DNA of 64,000 nucleotides from a virus: IMG/VR virus record IMGVR_UViG_3300006735_000025, positions 10,240 to 74,239 of that record; one strand, 5' to 3'. Shown piece by piece: positions 58,956 to 64,000 of this stretch (position 1 is its first letter; each line of letters starts with the position of its first letter). The notes under the pieces were generated by a model. It saw only the letters and a program-made list of their open reading frames with translations, ran no database searches and was not told where the DNA came from. The position numbers and the translations under genes were made by a program.

Positions 58956-60695
58956 ATGGAACTAAATTTACCGGAAATAGAAGCAAAAAAAATTCTGTCA
59001 GATTATTCTGGAGCTAATAATTATATTCTCCAACTAAAATCATCCTATGAAATATATAAGTCTAAAACCCTTACTAGGTCACAAGCTGATTATATTATTA
59101 ACAACCACGATAAAAATCCTAAAATAGCAAGAAAGTGGGTTGAGATAGATGATTATTTTTCAGAAAGTTTAATGACTGATAATTTTTTAAGTGAAAAACC
59201 TAAGTCTATATGGGTTGAAAAAATATTATCTGAGAAACCTAAGGCTTTTCACATATGGGGTAAAATATTAGAAACACAAAAACTTTATAGTTTTTGGGTA
59301 CCTAAAAATCAAATCATACCAAATACTGAAAGAAAGGTAGTTGTAGACTTTTCACCCTACTCTCATAGAATGCCTTATGACCACCAAAAAACTGCTGTAG
59401 AAAAACTATTAGGAAATGATAAATTTATATTAGCTGATGATATGGGGGTTGGTAAAACTACCAGTGCAACTATTGCGGCTATTGAAAGTAAAGCTAAAAA
59501 AGTTTTAGTAATGTGTCCAGCGACACTTAAATTAAACTGGAAAAGAGAAATAGAAAATTACACTGAAGATAAAATTTCTATAATAGAAAGTAAAAACTGG
59601 GATAGTGGTAGATTTATCATTATTAACTATGACATTCTTAAAAATTTTCACAGTTTAGATAAAAAAGATGGTGTCACTACAATTTTAGATGAAAATTTTG
59701 ATTTGGTTATAATAGACGAAGCTCACTACATTTCTAATACAAAAGCACAAAGAACCAAATTAGCTAACGATATTGTTAAACAAGTAGGAAAGGTTTGGTT
59801 ATTAACCGGTACACCTATGACATCAAGACCTATGAATTATTATAATCTTTTAAGATTGGTTGATTCTAGGGTGGCTAAGAATTGGGTTAGTTATGTTAAA
59901 AGGTATTGTGAAGGGTTTCAAATAAATAGAGGTGGTAGAAAAATTTGGTTAACCCATGGGGCTTCAAATCTTGACGAACTTAGAGATAGAACTAAACAAA
60001 AAGTATTAAGACGTTTAAAAGAAGAAATATTAGATTTACCGGACAAGATTATAACCCCAATATTTTTAGAACTAAACTCAAAAGAATATAAAAAAGAGGT
60101 TGGTGAGTATTTAGATTGGGCAAATGAAAATAAAAATGAGAGTCTAACCATTCAATTAAATAAACTAATGAAAGTTAGACAAATTATCGCAAAAGAAAAA
60201 TTAAATAACACTTTTGAGTTAATAGACCAATGCTTAGAACAAGATAAAAAAGTAATTGTTTTTACAAATTTTACAGAACCTTTAATGGAGATTTGGTCTA
60301 AGTATAAAAAAATGGCTGTACCCCTATATGGTAGAATGAATCAAGAACAAAGACAGGAAAGTGTGGACTCTTTTCAAAATGACCCAAAAACAAAAATTTT
60401 TGTTTCAAACATAAAAGCTGGTGGTGTGGGTATTACATTGACCGCTGGTGAAGTTGTTATTTTTAATGACCTATCTTTTGTGCCTTCAGATATGGCACAA
60501 GCAGAAGATAGAGCTTTTAGAATAGGTCAAAAGAAAAACGTATCTTGTATGTACCCAATTTTTGATAACACACTAGAAAGAATCATATATAATATAGTAC
60601 AAAAGAAAAAACGTGTTATTGATACCGTAATGGGTGACCACATAGAAGATGAAGATTTGATGTTAAGTATTTTAGAAGAAATGCAATTACTCTAG
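58956..60695 (+). CDS. SNF2/SWI2-family helicase (SMARCAL1/HARP-like)
   Basis: LADDMGVGKT, IIDEAHY, LLTGTP, AGGVGITLT, QAEDRAFRIGQ. Confidence 0.9.
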   Translation: MELNLPEIEAKKILSDYSGANNYILQLKSSYEIYKSKTLTRSQADYIINNHDKNPKIARKWVEIDDYFSESLMTDNFLSEKPKSIWVEKILSEKPKAFHIWGKILETQKLYSFWVPKNQIIPNTERKVVVDFSPYSHRMPYDHQKTAVEKLLGNDKFILADDMGVGKTTSATIAAIESKAKKVLVMCPATLKLNWKREIENYTEDKISIIESKNWDSGRFIIINYDILKNFHSLDKKDGVTTILDENFDLVIIDEAHYISNTKAQRTKLANDIVKQVGKVWLLTGTPMTSRPMNYYNLLRLVDSRVAKNWVSYVKRYCEGFQINRGGRKIWLTHGASNLDELRDRTKQKVLRRLKEEILDLPDKIITPIFLELNSKEYKKEVGEYLDWANENKNESLTIQLNKLMKVRQIIAKEKLNNTFELIDQCLEQDKKVIVFTNFTEPLMEIWSKYKKMAVPLYGRMNQEQRQESVDSFQNDPKTKIFVSNIKAGGVGITLTAGEVVIFNDLSFVPSDMAQAEDRAFRIGQKKNVSCMYPIFDNTLERIIYNIVQKKKRVIDTVMGDHIEDEDLMLSILEEMQLL

Positions 60696-60719
60696 GTATT
60701 TATTAAAAAATGTGCCTTA

Positions 60720-62324
60720 ATGAATTTTAATAAAAAATCCATAAATTTATTACCTTTACTAACTGAAGTTGTTTCTCAGTCAGCTAAAAAAGCTGCACTA
60801 TTACAAACCCTTAGACAAGCTGAACATAAATCTGGAAACTGGAACAACCCTTACGTTATAATTGTAGGGCATGGAAACTATCCTGAACTAACTCAAATGA
60901 CAGCTGGAGAATGGAGATATTCTCAACTAAATGAAAAACTCCCTGAACGTTTTGGTGGTGGTGAAATGGATTACCCAGCTTGGGTTAGTAAATCTAAGGA
61001 TGAACCTACAAACGCTACTGGAGCTTATCAAATAATATACAACACTTTAGGTGGTTTACTTGATGGTGGTCATGTAAATGAAGACGATGTAATGACACCA
61101 GAAAAACAAGATGAACTTGCTTGGGTTTTGGTTAATCAGATTGGTGGTGTTGATTGGGGTAATTTACCAGACCAACTAACTCATGAAATTGTGGAAAAAT
61201 TAGCTCGTATCTGGGCTTCTTTACCAGCTGTATTATCTCGTGGTGATTGTACAAGTAGGTACTCCAAAGATAAAGCTAAATGTTTTGATGTTATTAATGG
61301 GTATTATACTAAATCTTTAGGTGTAGAACCTGAAGAAAAAGAAACTATAGTTAAAAAAGATGTTTATGGTCCTAAAAATGTAGAAGACATTATGATGTCT
61401 AAAGACATTATAGAAAAAGGTGATAAGGGTGAATTAGTTTCTTTTATACAAAATATATTGTTAAATGATTATAATATAGATTTAGGTGAAAACGGCATAG
61501 ACGGTAATTTCCAACAGGAAACACATGAAGCTGTTTTAAAATTTCAAAGACAGTTTGGTTTAAAACCTGATGGGATAGTAGGCCCATGTACTTTAGATAC
61601 TTTACTAGAAGGTAATGTTCGATATTGTTGTAAAAGTGGTGCTTGTAAAAAGGATTATTGTAAAGATTCTGATTGGTGTGCATGGCAAAGAGATATGAAA
61701 GATAAATTAAATACCACAGAAAAAAAAGTAGATAGGAAAAGTGATGTTGATGGTTGTGGTACTATTGTTAAAAAGTTACCTCGTAAATTTGAAGAGGTTC
61801 CTGGTGGTGGTGATAATTTTAGAACTAATCAACCTTCTTTAGGTCAATTAGCTTACATTTTTGAAAAACATCCAGAAATTACAACTGTTGTTAGAATGAA
61901 TGCTGAGGAAGGTACTGGTGTTACTGTAGAAGCTGAAAGAGAATGTGTGGAGTCTTCTGGTAGAAAATTTGTATGGGTTAACGCCCATGAAGGTTATGTA
62001 TCTGGTGAAGGGTATACACAATCTATGGATAAAGTACTTCCATATTTGGAGGAGGGTAATACTTTAATTCATTGTACAGCTGGAAAAGATAGAACTGGTT
62101 TTATGGTTGCTCGATACCTTAAAGATATGGGTTATAATAATTTATCCGATGAAGAACTATATCAATATACTGTAGAGTTTAACAGTTGGGATAGAAAAGG
62201 TTATATTTGTAATGGTACAGCTTATAGTAAGTATATGGAAGGCTTTTATACTATAGAGAATTGGTGTAATTTTGACGTAGAAAATAGACTTAATAAATGT
62301 AAAATTTGTAAACCTTATAGATAA
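60720..62324 (+). CDS. Fusion of lambda-R/GH104-like muramidase, peptidoglycan-binding domain and protein-tyrosine/dual-specificity phosphatase
   Basis: LRQAE...ATGAYQI...PEKQDELA...IWASLP, then GDKGELV...IDGNF...AVLKFQRQFGLKPDGIVGPCT, then P-loop HCTAGKDRTG. Confidence 0.8.
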   Translation: MNFNKKSINLLPLLTEVVSQSAKKAALLQTLRQAEHKSGNWNNPYVIIVGHGNYPELTQMTAGEWRYSQLNEKLPERFGGGEMDYPAWVSKSKDEPTNATGAYQIIYNTLGGLLDGGHVNEDDVMTPEKQDELAWVLVNQIGGVDWGNLPDQLTHEIVEKLARIWASLPAVLSRGDCTSRYSKDKAKCFDVINGYYTKSLGVEPEEKETIVKKDVYGPKNVEDIMMSKDIIEKGDKGELVSFIQNILLNDYNIDLGENGIDGNFQQETHEAVLKFQRQFGLKPDGIVGPCTLDTLLEGNVRYCCKSGACKKDYCKDSDWCAWQRDMKDKLNTTEKKVDRKSDVDGCGTIVKKLPRKFEEVPGGGDNFRTNQPSLGQLAYIFEKHPEITTVVRMNAEEGTGVTVEAERECVESSGRKFVWVNAHEGYVSGEGYTQSMDKVLPYLEEGNTLIHCTAGKDRTGFMVARYLKDMGYNNLSDEELYQYTVEFNSWDRKGYICNGTAYSKYMEGFYTIENWCNFDVENRLNKCKICKPYR

Positions 62325-62794
62325 TGGATGAATTTGAACGACTTATAGACGATTTAGACCCTACGCGGGGTGGACCTCTACTAACATTGACAAACCCGGA
62401 GAGACATGATGTGGCACGTTTTATAGAACAACTTAGATTGTGGGGTAAATATAATATGGTAATGACGGATTTAAGTCCGTTTTTAACCGACGCTAAATCT
62501 GTTATAGAAGGAGAATTAGCTAAAGATATATTAGATTACGCTAAAGAAACTGGAGAATTTCCGGTTAATATGTCAGAATTTATGGAAAATCAACCAGAAC
62601 CATTAAGATATATTTGGGAAAATTCTCAAAAAATGAGAGATTTAATGACTCGAGCTACGTTAAGGTTTGTAGAGACTCAAAATTTATCTCACGACGATAA
62701 AACTATTAATGATGTTTTTAAAATGTTATCTAGAAAAATTTATCAATCTATTTTAAGAGGACCCTACTTACCTAGAGTTCAATCAAAAAGCTAA
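62324..62794 (+). CDS. Hypothetical protein (156 aa)
   Basis: Coupled to the upstream fusion gene by a TAATG overlap. Confidence 0.55.
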   Translation: MDEFERLIDDLDPTRGGPLLTLTNPERHDVARFIEQLRLWGKYNMVMTDLSPFLTDAKSVIEGELAKDILDYAKETGEFPVNMSEFMENQPEPLRYIWENSQKMRDLMTRATLRFVETQNLSHDDKTINDVFKMLSRKIYQSILRGPYLPRVQSKS

Positions 62795-63868
62795 AGAGGG
62801 GAAAGTGTTTTTACTCATATCTGGAAAATTAGAAACTACATTAGTTTTCATCCATGGTCCCCAACCTTCATAAACTTCCTTACTCCAATTCCAAAAATTC
62901 TTATACTCTATAGGTCCACCCACTGGTTTAGTCTCATTTGGTTTAAACGGTTTATTTTCTCTCATAGCTTGATAAAGTTTGTCACTATTTTTATATAAAA
63001 TCATCATTAGTGGTAAATTAAGTCCGTCCAACTCCATAATCGATAGTAGGGTTCCGGTGTCTATAGATAGTGGTACTAAATATGAAACGTTATCTGGTTG
63101 TATATTATATTGTCTAAATTTTTGTTTTACCTGAGGTGTTTGAACATCTAATTGTTTCTTTAAATTTATTTTTACTTTTTCTATGTATTTTTTTGATTGT
63201 ATTTTTTTTACATTTTTTATCTCACCGTCACTATTGTATTTAGTATTTACAGACATTTCTGGTGTTTGAGATGTTTGTTGTTGACTTGTCTGTTGTGGTG
63301 TAGTTGGTGTTGTACTTTGTTGTGTTGTGGTTTGACTATCTGTTGTTTGGGGTGTTACTGGTCTTTCAGTGGAACTTACAGGTTGTGGCCTTTGTTGTAC
63401 TATTTCTCTTGGTCTTCTTTCACCACTACACGGTGATGATTCTATACATTCTCTTTGTGAAGGGAAAAATTCTAAACGATATTCTCTAGCCTTTTCAAGT
63501 TGTCTATTAGCCCTTATCTGTTGGCAACCAGGAAACGTTATTGGGTCTTTACATATCCAACTACCAACCCTACCAAGTCTATTATTTTCTTCCCTTTCTC
63601 TATCCTCTCTTTCCCTTTCTATATCCTCTCTTTCCCTATCTTCTCGTTCTCTATCTTCCCTTTCTCTATCTTCTCGTTCTCTATCTTCTCGTTCTCTTTC
63701 TCTATCTTCTCGTTCTCTATCTTCTATATCTTCCCTATCTCTATCTATATCTTGTTTTAACCTTCTCCCTTTAAACTTACTTATATCAATAATTTCTCTA
63801 TCTTCAATAGCCTTATCATCTATAGCTTGTTCCACAATGACCCCATATATAATATCTACTAATTTCAT
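62783..63868 (-). CDS. Low-complexity protein (REDRE repeats, Cys module, Thr/Gln/Pro linker)
   Basis: ATG follows TATTTATA by 4 nt. N-terminal IVEQ motif. Confidence 0.65.
   Translation of the reverse strand: MKLVDIIYGVIVEQAIDDKAIEDREIIDISKFKGRRLKQDIDRDREDIEDREREDREREREDREREDREREDREREDREREDIEREREDREREENNRLGRVGSWICKDPITFPGCQQIRANRQLEKAREYRLEFFPSQRECIESSPCSGERRPREIVQQRPQPVSSTERPVTPQTTDSQTTTQQSTTPTTPQQTSQQQTSQTPEMSVNTKYNSDGEIKNVKKIQSKKYIEKVKINLKKQLDVQTPQVKQKFRQYNIQPDNVSYLVPLSIDTGTLLSIMELDGLNLPLMMILYKNSDKLYQAMRENKPFKPNETKPVGGPIEYKNFWNWSKEVYEGWGPWMKTNVVSNFPDMSKNTFPSLAF
63588..63750. repeat. Degenerate 15-bp tandem repeat encoding (REDRE)n
   Basis: Units such as TCTATCTTCTCGTTC and TCTATCTTCCCTTTC recur about ten times with synonymous variation. 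Confidence 0.85.
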
Positions 63869-63896
63869 ATATTATAAATACCTAGATTACATGTAT

Positions 63897-63925
63897 AAAA
63901 AAACCCTGACCGTCGTCAGGGTTTT
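63897..63925 (-). terminator. Rho-independent terminator
   Basis: CCCTGAC-GACG-GTCAGGG followed by T7 on the minus strand. Probably follows a gene entering from outside the window (possible stop at 63955-63957). Confidence 0.75.
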
Positions 63926-64000
63926 CGCAACTCTTAGTAATTTAAAATCCGTAATTAGTTTCCATCTTTTGGTTGCGGGAAAAAACTTTCACTAATTTGC

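Noticed and set aside
63588-63750. Possible CRISPR-like array
   Set aside because: Tandem degenerate coding repeats with no unique spacers.
63369-63995. 208-aa plus-strand ORF and overlapping short ORFs rich in Ser/Leu/Phe
   Set aside because: Antisense shadow of the REDRE repeat gene. The repeat simply lacks stops on this strand.
63955-64000. 3' end of a minus-strand gene entering from outside the window (...QISESFFPQPKDGN*)
   Set aside because: Too short to call. Supported only by the downstream terminator.

Overview
This window is a dense, AT-rich (roughly one-third GC by eye) segment of a large myovirus or jumbo-type tailed phage. Almost all genes are on the minus strand. In transcription order (high to low coordinates) it encodes neck and tail-completion proteins, a very large tail sheath, three accessory proteins with Glu-ending propeptide-like motifs, tail tube, tail/baseplate assembly chaperone, tape-measure-like protein, baseplate hub proteins (one with an M23 peptidase), an embedded replication block (SSB, RecA/UvsX, FKBP PPIase, 5'-3' exonuclease, DnaB-like helicase, class II ribonucleotide reductase), gp25/gp6/gp7-like wedge proteins and about 24 kb of large Cys-rich and Ser/Thr/Gly-rich tail-associated proteins. 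Plus-strand genes encode a small RHH-like protein, an SNF2 helicase, a muramidase-PG-binding-phosphatase fusion and a hypothetical protein. An SprB-like repeat, DUF5522, one TAnnTTTG promoter and the lack of obvious Shine-Dalgarno sequences weakly suggest a Bacteroidota host. I saw no tRNA, CRISPR, intein, intron, integrase or reverse transcriptase. The most novel candidates are: (i) putative capsid-packaged polyproteins punctuated by [IL]-x-E motifs that could release cationic or Trp-rich amphipathic peptides, one via an internal S74 autoprotease; (ii) the lysozyme-PGBD-phosphatase fusion; (iii) a tightly bounded +1 frameshift candidate (UUU UUU CGU) in the tail chaperone; (iv) a coding-strand TATTTAT motif, the inverse of the T4 late promoter; (v) a recurrent [ST]-[GA]-x-T motif in virion proteins. 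All family assignments are from motif recognition by eye, not database searches.
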